DNA of 32,000 nt from Halomicronema hongdechloris C2206 (lineage in GTDB: Bacteria; Cyanobacteriota; Cyanobacteriia; Phormidesmidales; Phormidesmidaceae): NCBI RefSeq assembly GCF_002075285.3, contig NZ_CP021983.2, positions 3,090,001-3,122,000 of the forward strand, in the 5' to 3' direction. The translations under genes and the position numbers were made by a program. The notes below the pieces were generated by a model. That model was given only the letters and a program-made list of their open reading frames with translations. It was not told the DNA's origin and ran no database searches. The stretch's first letter is position 1, and each line of letters begins with the position of its first letter. Of this stretch, positions 23,894-32,000 are shown one piece after another.

Positions 23894-24065
23894 TCAAAAA
23901 TAATTAAGGATGGCTATAGTTGGCATCCTTGTCAGTAGGGGCATTGGTGGGTATGTCTGCGGGACCTTTCCCTATGCAGATAGGTGCTTAGCTAGCCAGA
24001 TTTGCTGCCGTGGGCTGTAGAGGATTGCCGTACAATTGGCCCTGTTGATCTACTGCCCCATTGCC

Positions 24066-25160
24066 ATGGCATCCCAACGCACCCCCTTGTATGACCTGCT
24101 CTTAGACCAAAACGCTCGCATAGTGGACTTCGCGGGTTGGGAAATGCCCGTGCAGTATGCCGGCATCAAACAGGAACATCGAGCGGTGCGGCAGCAAGCT
24201 GGGGTATTTGATATTTCCCACATGGGTAAATTTGTCCTGCGGGGCCCTGGCCTCTTGGCTGCCCTGGATGGGTTAGTCCCGACAGATTTGAGTCGCCTGC
24301 AACCGGGTAAGGCTCAATACACAGTATTGTTGACCCCTGAGGCTGGCATTGTTGACGATCTGCTCCTGTATCGCCAGGAGGATGATAGCCAGGGGGAGCG
24401 GGTAGTCACCATCGTCAATGCAGCCACGACTGCCAAAGATAAGGCCTGGTTGCGTCAAGCGCTGGAGCCCACCATTGAGCTGCAAGATCTCTCAGCAGAG
24501 CAAGTGCTGCTAGCGGTGCAAGGTCCCTACGCGGCGACCAAGTTGCAGGCCTTGGTGGACATCGATCTGTCTACCATCAAGCGCTATTGCCATGGGGAAG
24601 CCACTCTCTGGGGGCAACCGGCATTCTTGGCCCGCACCGGCTATACCGGGGAAGATGGTTTTGAGATTATGGTGCCCGCCGAAACGGGCCGTCGTCTCTG
24701 GTCGGCACTGCTGCAGGCGGAGGTTACCCCCTGTGGCCTCGGGGCCCGCGACACTCTGCGTTTAGAAGCGGCCATGGCCCTCTACGGTCAGGATATTACG
24801 GAAGCAACTACGCCCTTGGAGGCGGGATTGGGGTGGCTAGTGCACCTAGACCGTAAGGGAGATTTCCTAGGCCGCCCAATATTGGAGCAGCAAAAACAGC
24901 AGGGGGTATCTCGAAAATTAGTGGGCCTACGGATGGAGGGACGACATATCGCTCGCCACGGGTACCCGGTCCTCCAAGACGATCAACCCGTGGGTGAGGT
25001 GACCAGCGGCACGCTGTCCCCCAGTCTGGGGTATCCCATCGCCCTGGCCTATGTACCGCCTGAGTTAGGCCAGGTGGGTCAGGCTGTGACCATAGAGATT
25101 CGGGGCCAGGGGCGGACGGCTACGGTAGTAAAGCGGCCGTTTTATCGCGCTAGGACCTGA
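24066..25160 (+). CDS. gcvT: Glycine cleavage system aminomethyltransferase T
   Basis: [54 protein letters not shown]. The start was taken at the ATG 30 nt inside the track ORF. Confidence 0.93.
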   Translation: MASQRTPLYDLLLDQNARIVDFAGWEMPVQYAGIKQEHRAVRQQAGVFDISHMGKFVLRGPGLLAALDGLVPTDLSRLQPGKAQYTVLLTPEAGIVDDLLLYRQEDDSQGERVVTIVNAATTAKDKAWLRQALEPTIELQDLSAEQVLLAVQGPYAATKLQALVDIDLSTIKRYCHGEATLWGQPAFLARTGYTGEDGFEIMVPAETGRRLWSALLQAEVTPCGLGARDTLRLEAAMALYGQDITEATTPLEAGLGWLVHLDRKGDFLGRPILEQQKQQGVSRKLVGLRMEGRHIARHGYPVLQDDQPVGEVTSGTLSPSLGYPIALAYVPPELGQVGQAVTIEIRGQGRTATVVKRPFYRART

Positions 25161-25252
25161 AATGTGCTGGAATAGCTGTGCTATCAGTGGTTGCTCATGC
25201 GACACTGACAGAACCAGTGTGTGATTGGTGGATTCAAGAGGCAGGAGGCACT

Positions 25253-25642
25253 ATGGCGTTCGAATATCCGACTAATCTGAAATATCTCGATACCCATGAA
25301 TATGCCCGGCTCGATGAAGATGATGTTGTTACGGTTGGGATTACGGCCTTTGCCGTGGATCAATTGGGTGACATCGTGTTTCTGGAATTGCCTGAGGTCG
25401 GAGATGCCATCGAGAAAGGGGAAAAATTTGGCACCGTTGAATCGGTGAAAGCGGTTGAAGATTTGAAGGCTCCTCTGAGTGGGGATGTGATTGAGCGCAA
25501 TGAGACGCTGTTGGATGCCCCAGAACAGTTGGCAGATGATCCCTATGGCGATGCCTGGTTAGTTAAGGTCAAGGCTGAGAATCTTGAGGATCTCGATGAT
25601 GCCATGTCGGCGGAAGAGTATAAAGATCAAGTCGAAGCATGA
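25253..25642 (+). CDS. gcvH: Glycine cleavage system H protein
   Basis: [21 protein letters not shown] ... the lipoyl-lysine motif ESVKAV. 129 aa from the internal ATG. Confidence 0.92.
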   Translation: MAFEYPTNLKYLDTHEYARLDEDDVVTVGITAFAVDQLGDIVFLELPEVGDAIEKGEKFGTVESVKAVEDLKAPLSGDVIERNETLLDAPEQLADDPYGDAWLVKVKAENLEDLDDAMSAEEYKDQVEA

Positions 25643-25865
25643 TCGCGGCCTAATGGACGCTGATCCTAAGCGCTCTCGTGGGGTCTTAGCTGAGCACTCC
25701 CGGCTTCTGCGGACAACTATGGCGTATGGATAGTCCTGCAACTGGACCTGCCTGGGTCTGCCCTTAGAATTTGTTACACAATGTATAGGGTGGTGCTAGG
25801 TCACTATCCCCCTTAAGGTGTGGATAGTAGGCCACGGCCTAGATGCTTTTTCACGATTATTGAGT

Positions 25866-28865
25866 ATGTCGCAGTCTTTCTACGGGTCAGATACAACGGT
25901 TACCAAGGGTATCTCCTCCTTGGGCGCACCTACGACGTTAGGACGGCAAACGGCTAATGGCCGTCGTCAACAGACCGTTGGTCAATCCACCATAGATGCA
26001 GCCGCTAATGGGGCAACAGACTTTGCCAGACGACATATTGGCCCTGGCCCTGCAGCCATTGAAACCATGTTGCAACGGCTGGGGTATGACTCCCTAGATG
26101 CCCTGACTGATGCGGTGATTCCGGCTGACATTCGCCTGGTCCAGCCCCTACAGTTAGCACCTGGCCTGGAGGAAACTGAGGCATTGCAACGGCTCCGTGC
26201 GATCGCATCGCAAAACCAGGTCTGGCGCTCCTACATCGGCCTGGGCTACCACAACACCAAGATTCCCACCGTCATTCAGCGCAATGTTCTAGAGAATCCC
26301 GGTTGGTATACCCAATACACCCCCTATCAACCCGAGATTGCCCAGGGTCGTCTGGAGGCATTGCTCAACTTTCAGACGATGGTCACCGACCTAACCGGGT
26401 TAGAGATCGCCAACGCCTCCCTGCTGGATGAGGGCACCGCCGCCGCCGAAGCCATGACCATGAGCTTCAATCTACGTAAAAACAAGAAAGCGCGGCGCTT
26501 TTGGGTGTCAGCGGCCTGTCATCCCCAGACCCTAGAGGTCGTGAAGACCCGGGCCCTACCCCTAGACATCGAAGTTGTTGTGGGAGACTATCGGCAGTTC
26601 ACCCCTGACGACAGCTACTTTGGTCTGCTACTGCAATACCCGGCCAGCGATGGGGCCATCTATGACTACGGTGAGCTGATCCACCAGGCCCATGACCACA
26701 AGGCCCTAGTGACGGTAGCCACCGATCTGCTTAGCCTTACCCTGCTCAAGCCTCCCGGTGAATTCGGCGCCGATATCGCCGTGGGCAATAGCCAGCGTTT
26801 TGGGGTACCCCTGGGTTTTGGCGGTCCCCATGCCGCCTTTTTCGCCACCCGCTCCGCCTTTGCCCGGAAGTTGCCTGGCCGCCTAGTCGGCGTCTCTAAG
26901 GACAACCATGGCACTCTGGCCCTGCGACTGGCGCTGCAGACTCGGGAGCAACATATCCGCCGCGATGCTGCCACTAGTAATATCTGTACCGCTCAAGTCC
27001 TGCTGGCCATCATCGCCAGCATGTATGCGGTCTACCACGGTCCCGACGGATTGCAGCGTATTGCTACTCGGGTGCATCAGCTGACGGTGGCCTTAGCCCA
27101 AGGGCTACGGGCTCTGGGATATACCTTGGCTGACACCCCCTATTTCGACACTCTACGGGTTGACATCGGCCAAACCCAGGCCGCCATTCTGGCCCAAGCC
27201 GCTGCCAAGCATATGAATCTGCGGCTGATTGACAATCAAACCCTAGGGGTTTCCTTGGACGAAACCACCACGCCGCAAGATGTCCAGGAGCTGCTGCAGG
27301 TGTTTGCCTGCGATTCAGAGTCCCCTGCCCCTACGGAGCTCACCCTGGACGGGCAATCTCTGGCTATTCCCGAACAGTTGGCCCGCACCAGCCCCTATCT
27401 GAGTCATCCCGTCTTCCACAATCATCGCTCTGAGACGGAAATGCTGCGCTATTTGCATCGGCTCCAGGGCAAGGACTTCTCCCTGACCACCGGCATGATT
27501 CCCTTGGGCTCCTGTACCATGAAGCTGAACGCCACGGCGGAGATGGTGCCGATTACCTGGCCAGAGTTCAGCCAGATCCATCCCTTTGCCCCGTTGGATC
27601 AGGTGCGAGGCTATCGCTACTTGTTTCAGGAATTAGAGAGCTGGTTGGCCGAGATTACTGGGTTTGCTGCCATTTCCCTGCAGCCCAATGCTGGCTCCCA
27701 GGGAGAATATGCCGGGCTCTTGGTGATTCGACAGTACCACCAGCAGCGGGGGGAAGGACACCGTCGGGTCTGTCTGATTCCCCAATCGGCCCATGGCACT
27801 AATCCCGCCAGTGCCGTCATGGCTGGCATGACGGTGGTGGCTGTGGCCTGTGATCAAGACGGCAATATCGACGTGGCTGACCTCAGGGTCAAGGCTGACC
27901 AGCACCAAGATAACCTGGCCGCCCTGATGGTGACTTACCCATCGACCCATGGGGTATTCGAGACGGCGATCCGGGACATCTGCGACATCGTCCACAGCCA
28001 TGGCGGCCAGGTCTATATGGATGGAGCCAATATGAATGCCCAGGTGGGCCTCTGCCGTCCGGCTGACTTCGGTGCCGATGTTTGCCACCTCAACCTTCAC
28101 AAGACTTTCTGTATCCCTCATGGTGGTGGTGGTCCGGGGGTGGGTCCTATTGGTGTCCAGGCTCACTTACGCGACTTCTTGCCCAGCCATGGCCTCACGC
28201 CCAGCGTGGGAGGAAAGCAGGCCATTGGTGCGATCGCATCGGCCCCCTGGGGCAGCGCCAGCATTCTGCCCATTTCCTGGATGTACATCGCCATGATGGG
28301 CGCCACCGGCCTCACCCAGGCCTCCCAGGTGGCCATTCTCAACGCCAACTACGTCGCCTATCGGCTGCGGGACCATTACGATATTCTCTACACCGGCCGC
28401 AATGGGCTGGTGGCCCATGAGTGTATCATCGACCTGCGTCCCTTCCGCAAACAGGCCGGCATCAGCGCCGATGATGTGGCCAAGCGCCTGATCGACTATG
28501 GCTTCCATCCCCCCACCATGTCCTGGCCGGTGGCAGGCACCATCATGGTGGAGCCCACCGAAAGTGAGTCCCTAGCAGAACTGGATCGCTTCTGCGAAGC
28601 CATGATGGCCATTCGGGAAGAGATTCGAGCCGTGGAAAGCGGCCAGGTCAGCGCCGAGGACAATCTGCTCAAACGAGCCCCCCATACCGTCGCCGACCTG
28701 GTCACCGTCGACTGGCAGCGCCCCTACTCTCGCGAGCAGGCCGTATTTCCCTATCCTTGGGTACGAGAGCATAAATTCTGGCCCGCGGTGAACCGCATCG
28801 ATCAGGCCTACGGCGATCGCAACTTGATGTGTTCCTGCCCCTCCATGGATGCCTATAGTGACTGA
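25866..28865 (+). CDS. gcvP: Glycine dehydrogenase (decarboxylating), P protein
   Basis: ~1000 aa. [34 protein letters not shown] and [16 protein letters not shown] (PLP-lysine region). The start at MSQSFYG is tentative. Confidence 0.93.
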   Translation: MSQSFYGSDTTVTKGISSLGAPTTLGRQTANGRRQQTVGQSTIDAAANGATDFARRHIGPGPAAIETMLQRLGYDSLDALTDAVIPADIRLVQPLQLAPGLEETEALQRLRAIASQNQVWRSYIGLGYHNTKIPTVIQRNVLENPGWYTQYTPYQPEIAQGRLEALLNFQTMVTDLTGLEIANASLLDEGTAAAEAMTMSFNLRKNKKARRFWVSAACHPQTLEVVKTRALPLDIEVVVGDYRQFTPDDSYFGLLLQYPASDGAIYDYGELIHQAHDHKALVTVATDLLSLTLLKPPGEFGADIAVGNSQRFGVPLGFGGPHAAFFATRSAFARKLPGRLVGVSKDNHGTLALRLALQTREQHIRRDAATSNICTAQVLLAIIASMYAVYHGPDGLQRIATRVHQLTVALAQGLRALGYTLADTPYFDTLRVDIGQTQAAILAQAAAKHMNLRLIDNQTLGVSLDETTTPQDVQELLQVFACDSESPAPTELTLDGQSLAIPEQLARTSPYLSHPVFHNHRSETEMLRYLHRLQGKDFSLTTGMIPLGSCTMKLNATAEMVPITWPEFSQIHPFAPLDQVRGYRYLFQELESWLAEITGFAAISLQPNAGSQGEYAGLLVIRQYHQQRGEGHRRVCLIPQSAHGTNPASAVMAGMTVVAVACDQDGNIDVADLRVKADQHQDNLAALMVTYPSTHGVFETAIRDICDIVHSHGGQVYMDGANMNAQVGLCRPADFGADVCHLNLHKTFCIPHGGGGPGVGPIGVQAHLRDFLPSHGLTPSVGGKQAIGAIASAPWGSASILPISWMYIAMMGATGLTQASQVAILNANYVAYRLRDHYDILYTGRNGLVAHECIIDLRPFRKQAGISADDVAKRLIDYGFHPPTMSWPVAGTIMVEPTESESLAELDRFCEAMMAIREEIRAVESGQVSAEDNLLKRAPHTVADLVTVDWQRPYSREQAVFPYPWVREHKFWPAVNRIDQAYGDRNLMCSCPSMDAYSD

Positions 28866-28879
28866 GGTCTTCCCGTGCC

Positions 28880-29368
28880 ATGGCAGCACCGGCTCCCCAA
28901 CTCCCCCCCAACTGTCGACTGCGGCCAGCCCAGGCCGCCGATCAGTGGGCGCTGCGGCGTTTGGTATTGGGGGCCTTTCTAGATCCCACCCAGATTCGCT
29001 GGTCCCAGTTCTGGGTGATCGACACCGGGGAGCAGATTATCGCCTGTGGCCAGTTGCGGGAGTTCCCCGGTGCCCAGGAACTGGGCAGCCTGGTGGTGGC
29101 CCGGCCCTGGCGGGGACAAGGGTTAGGCTCCCTCTTGAGCGATCACTTGATTGCCCAGGCTCACTTGCCGCTATTTCTAGAATGTTTGGGGCAGCGGCTG
29201 GCTCGCTTTTACCAGCACCGCGGCTTCGTTCCGGCCCAGTGGTCCCAGCTGCCCGCGGCCCTGCGCCGTAAATTTGCCCTATCCTATCTAGCCTGGCGCT
29301 GGGGCCTGCCCCTGACCATCATGGTCTACCCGCCTTCGCTGCCCAGCCCTACTGCTGAGATCTCCTGA
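28880..29368 (+). CDS. GNAT-family N-acetyltransferase
   Basis: Acetyl-CoA-binding motif LVVARPWRGQGLGSLL, with FYQHRGF. Confidence 0.75.
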   Translation: MAAPAPQLPPNCRLRPAQAADQWALRRLVLGAFLDPTQIRWSQFWVIDTGEQIIACGQLREFPGAQELGSLVVARPWRGQGLGSLLSDHLIAQAHLPLFLECLGQRLARFYQHRGFVPAQWSQLPAALRRKFALSYLAWRWGLPLTIMVYPPSLPSPTAEIS

Positions 29369-29582
29369 CAATAGCTTTACTAAGGATCAAGGTAAGCTGA
29401 ATTAACTCTTTTGATATTGGAGGCAGCGCCGATGGTTTGACTGACAAAGCGCTCCCCATGGCACAGGCTAAAGTATAGCGATATGTTACCGCCGTCCGTA
29501 TTTGCGATCGCAGCGCTTGTATACGGAATTTAGAAGGTGATCATTAATACCTTCACTTCCCCTACCTCATAGGTGACTGATC

Positions 29583-29954
29583 ATGACAACGGCAAATCCG
29601 GTGCGGATGTGGGGTGCGATCGCAGGCCTGACGGCCGCTATGACCATTGGATTAGTGACTGATGCTCAGGCCCAGAGCCGAGAGCTGTGGCTGTACGACG
29701 GAGAAGCCACCCTTGTCGAGGGCTACTTCCTAGACGGAGAAGCCATCTTCGGCTGGTGTGATCAAGATTGCTACGACCTCGATCTGTTTCTCTACGACAT
29801 CGATGGCAATCTCATCACTGGTGATGACGCTCTAGATGCTGAGCCCATCGTCTATGCTCCCTACTCCGGCTATTTCTATGTGGAATTAACCATGCCCAAT
29901 TGCTCCCATCCAGAAGGCTGTGCCGTCTGGGTAGACTCCACGGAAGGCTTTTAG
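29583..29954 (+). CDS. Small secreted hypothetical protein
   Basis: Signal-peptide-like N-terminus (WGAIAGLTAAMTIGLVTDAQA). Asp-rich and Cys-containing, possibly a beta-sandwich. Confidence 0.5.
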   Translation: MTTANPVRMWGAIAGLTAAMTIGLVTDAQAQSRELWLYDGEATLVEGYFLDGEAIFGWCDQDCYDLDLFLYDIDGNLITGDDALDAEPIVYAPYSGYFYVELTMPNCSHPEGCAVWVDSTEGF

Positions 29955-30196
29955 TCGAGGGAATGATTTCAGTCCCATGGCAATCCGTGGTTTGGTTAGG
30001 ACAACTGGGGTGATTCAGACCCTAGCGTAGTCAGGGGCAATTCGTCCTTTTGACCTCTGCCTGTGGCTAGAGGCGAAGGTCATACAGTCACCATCTCGCG
30101 CTTTAGGGCGGTGGCGAAATGCCTCTTCTGAGCGATGTGGGTCATTGTATTCCTTTCATAGAATTTAAATGGCGACATCAACAGGAGGGTTACTCT

Positions 30197-30538
30197 ATGG
30201 CACAGCCAGAGACAACACCAATTCGACAACCGACGTCACCCGAAATGCTGTCTCCAGAGCAAAAGCAAACCCATCGCCGCATTCTGGAAACAGAGAATCC
30301 CACCGTGAATCCTGGAGATCGGGTGGATGAGTCCCTGTCTCTAGAAGAAAAGGCGCAGCAGGTGGCCATTAACACCCCGGACATCACCGCCGAGGCCGTG
30401 GTCATTCCCACCTATTTCATCGTGGATAATCCCGACGGCAGCCGTCAGGCTCTTCACCATGTCCGGGATGCCGAGGCCATTTCCGATGTGATTCGTCAGG
30501 CTCGCACCACAGAGGACGGCGAGCGGGTCTGGTGGTAA
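30197..30538 (+). CDS. Hypothetical protein
   Basis: The start was chosen at the ATG preceded by AGGAGG (MAQPETTPIRQ). Confidence 0.5.
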   Translation: MAQPETTPIRQPTSPEMLSPEQKQTHRRILETENPTVNPGDRVDESLSLEEKAQQVAINTPDITAEAVVIPTYFIVDNPDGSRQALHHVRDAEAISDVIRQARTTEDGERVWW

Positions 30539-30614
30539 TAGGCCTTGGCCCGGTATCTAGCCGCCATAGGAACGGCTAGGGCACCGGCATCGCCATTGTG
30601 ATCATCGTAGTCAT

Positions 30615-30647
30615 CCCCCTACGCCTGACTGATGCAGGCGTAGGGGG
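30615..30647 (+). terminator. Putative rho-independent terminator
   Basis: Perfect 13-bp stem ccccctacgcctg / caggcgtaggggg with a 7-nt loop, followed by atgctgttt (weak T tract). Confidence 0.55.
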
Positions 30648-30685
30648 ATGCTGTTTCATGGGCTGTGTGTGGAACTATCGACTCA

Positions 30686-31090
30686 TTAGTCTGTTTGCAA
30701 GGACGGCCAAGCAGTGCTTGACATCTCGTTGAGTTTTACGGCCATGGGCTCAGCTTGGGAGTCCGCCGCGGTTTCCTCGGTAACTGCTGTTCCTGCAGCA
30801 ATAAACTTGGCCTCTAACAGAGAAGGGATGGTCCTTAATATCTGAGTTTGGCCTAGCGGTTGTTTCACAACAGGGCTAGGGAGTTGATTGTCAGTGGTTG
30901 AGCCCCAGTTGGACATTTGGAATGCCGGTAGTTTCAGGGAACTAGCTTGGGAGGAGAGATTGAGATCCGCTGAGTAGGGCACTTGGGGATCGGCAATGGC
31001 TACCGCTACGATAGCCAGGGTTGTCAAAATGCTACTGCTGAGAACTTGATGGAGTCGCCGAGAGCGAGGACGAAGTGTTTCGTTAGGCAT
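30686..31090 (-). CDS. Hypothetical exported or membrane-anchored protein
   Basis: From the internal Met: MPNETLRPRSRRLHQVLSSSILTTLAIVAVAIA, a signal anchor. No family recognised. Confidence 0.45.
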   Translation of the reverse strand: MPNETLRPRSRRLHQVLSSSILTTLAIVAVAIADPQVPYSADLNLSSQASSLKLPAFQMSNWGSTTDNQLPSPVVKQPLGQTQILRTIPSLLEAKFIAAGTAVTEETAADSQAEPMAVKLNEMSSTAWPSLQTD

Positions 31091-31285
31091 ACCTAAGAGA
31101 ATAAAATTGTCGCGTATCTTCCATATACTTAATTCTATGGTAAACGAAGACGATATCAAAGTCCTCTATCATCGGCCAGAAAGTATCTTGGCTGACTCCG
31201 TCAATTCGCACTGTCTGGATCGAGGCAACTGTTGTGTCTAGGGCATCAGAGGGGCATCTCAGCCGTTACGATGTAAATTGAATCC

Positions 31286-32000
31286 ATGGGTGGTCAGAGT
31301 GCTGTGACTAACGTATTGATCTTGCATTCGTCGTTGGGGTCGGGCCACATTAGTGCCTCGAAAGCGTTACAGGAAGCCTTCGCCCGCTTCCCCCAGATGA
31401 CGGTGCGCAGCGAAGATGCCTTAGAGCATGCCAGTCCGGTCTATCGACGGGTAGTGCGGGAGGCCTATGAGCAGCTGAGTGAGCGCTTGCCCCAACTCTA
31501 CAAGGCCTATTACGAAGGCAGCGATGTGGAGGATCTAGAAAAATCTCTGGACAGCAATTTGACCTGGGCTAAGTTGGAGCGGCCTTTTTTTCGCAAGCTG
31601 GAGAATTTAGTCCAAGCGGCTAATCCAGATGTGGTGGTATGCGTGCAGCAAATTCCCAGTCGTCTACTGCAGCTAGTCGAGAAACAAGATACGGTGCGGC
31701 GGCCTCAGTATGTGGTAATCACCGATGCCATTGCCCACAGTACTTGGATCAACTACGGCGTCAGTGGCTATTTTCTGCCCAATGATCTGGGCCGGAATTT
31801 TCTGGTCCAGCGGGGGGTCGATCCAGCCCTGCTGCATGTAACCGGGATTCCGATTCGCCTGGAAATCATGGAACAGAAGCATAAGGCGACGGTGCGATCG
31901 CAGCTGGAACTGCCCCCAGACAGCCGGGTCGTCACCCTGATGGGGGGTGGGTTGTCCCCGAAGCGCGTCCATGAAGTGGTTTCAGACTTATTGGAGTATG
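31286..32000 (+). CDS. MGDG-synthase-family (GT28, UgtP-like) glycosyltransferase, N-terminal part (runs off the window)
   Basis: My translation gives MGGQSAVTNVLILHSSLGSGHISASKALQEAFARF ... VVCVQQIPS ... YVVITDAIAHSTWINYGVSGYFLPND ... VTGIPIR. It is absent from the track because there is no stop in the window. Confidence 0.65.
   Translation, partial: MGGQSAVTNVLILHSSLGSGHISASKALQEAFARFPQMTVRSEDALEHASPVYRRVVREAYEQLSERLPQLYKAYYEGSDVEDLEKSLDSNLTWAKLERPFFRKLENLVQAANPDVVVCVQQIPSRLLQLVEKQDTVRRPQYVVITDAIAHSTWINYGVSGYFLPNDLGRNFLVQRGVDPALLHVTGIPIRLEIMEQKHKATVRSQLELPPDSRVVTLMGGGLSPKRVHEVVSDLLEY

Noticed and set aside
23894-24065. Glycine riboswitch upstream of gcvT (also checked 25643-25865 upstream of gcvP)
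   Set aside because: I could not recognise the conserved glycine-aptamer core elements by eye. This is a negative by inspection only, and an Infernal scan would be definitive.

Overview
This looks like a cyanobacterial chromosome. It has at least 14 HIP1 octamers (GCGATCGC), STRR-like short tandem repeats, a DevBCA-type exporter and gcvT-gcvH-gcvP. All domain calls come from reading the translations and from memory of the families; no searches were run. Core genes on the left (1-13870) are a partial sbcC, a DUF155/RMD1 protein, a cNMP-binding protein, an FHA protein, tmk-holB, an HlyD/DevB adaptor, two tandem DevC-like permeases, a DevA ATPase, and YbjN-like and Pro-rich hypothetical proteins. 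Core genes on the right (24066-32000) are the glycine cleavage genes T/H/P, a GNAT, small hypothetical proteins and a partial MGDG-synthase-family glycosyltransferase. Between them (about 13871-23935) lies a compositionally mosaic island with no HIP1 site between about 13.3 and 20.4 kb. Its core (15688-21408) reads as an integron-type gene-cassette array. Six attC-like imperfect hairpins carry RYYYAAC...GTTRRRY boxes and extrahelical bases, and cassette starts are complementary to their own downstream R'' boxes. An attI-like cluster of four TTATCCNGCAG sites precedes the array. No integron integrase ORF is present in the window. The main candidate for a new system is an AT-rich two-gene cassette (17801-18853) encoding a ThsB/DUF1863-type TIR-like protein tightly coupled to a small 3-TM protein, with no ThsA-type partner. 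The next cassette encodes a classical TIR domain fused to an unknown C-terminal domain. Other cassettes carry a truncated GrpB, an SDR epimerase, an ORF-less segment and two toxin-antitoxin modules, one disrupted by a repeat. Other unexplained structures are a 42-nt tandem array (14825-15056), a roughly 160-nt hairpin-bearing repeat family with compensatory substitutions that flanks the Dev cluster in inverted orientation, a GGGGTGAT octamer array, and an apparent frameshift separating the DevB membrane anchor from its body.
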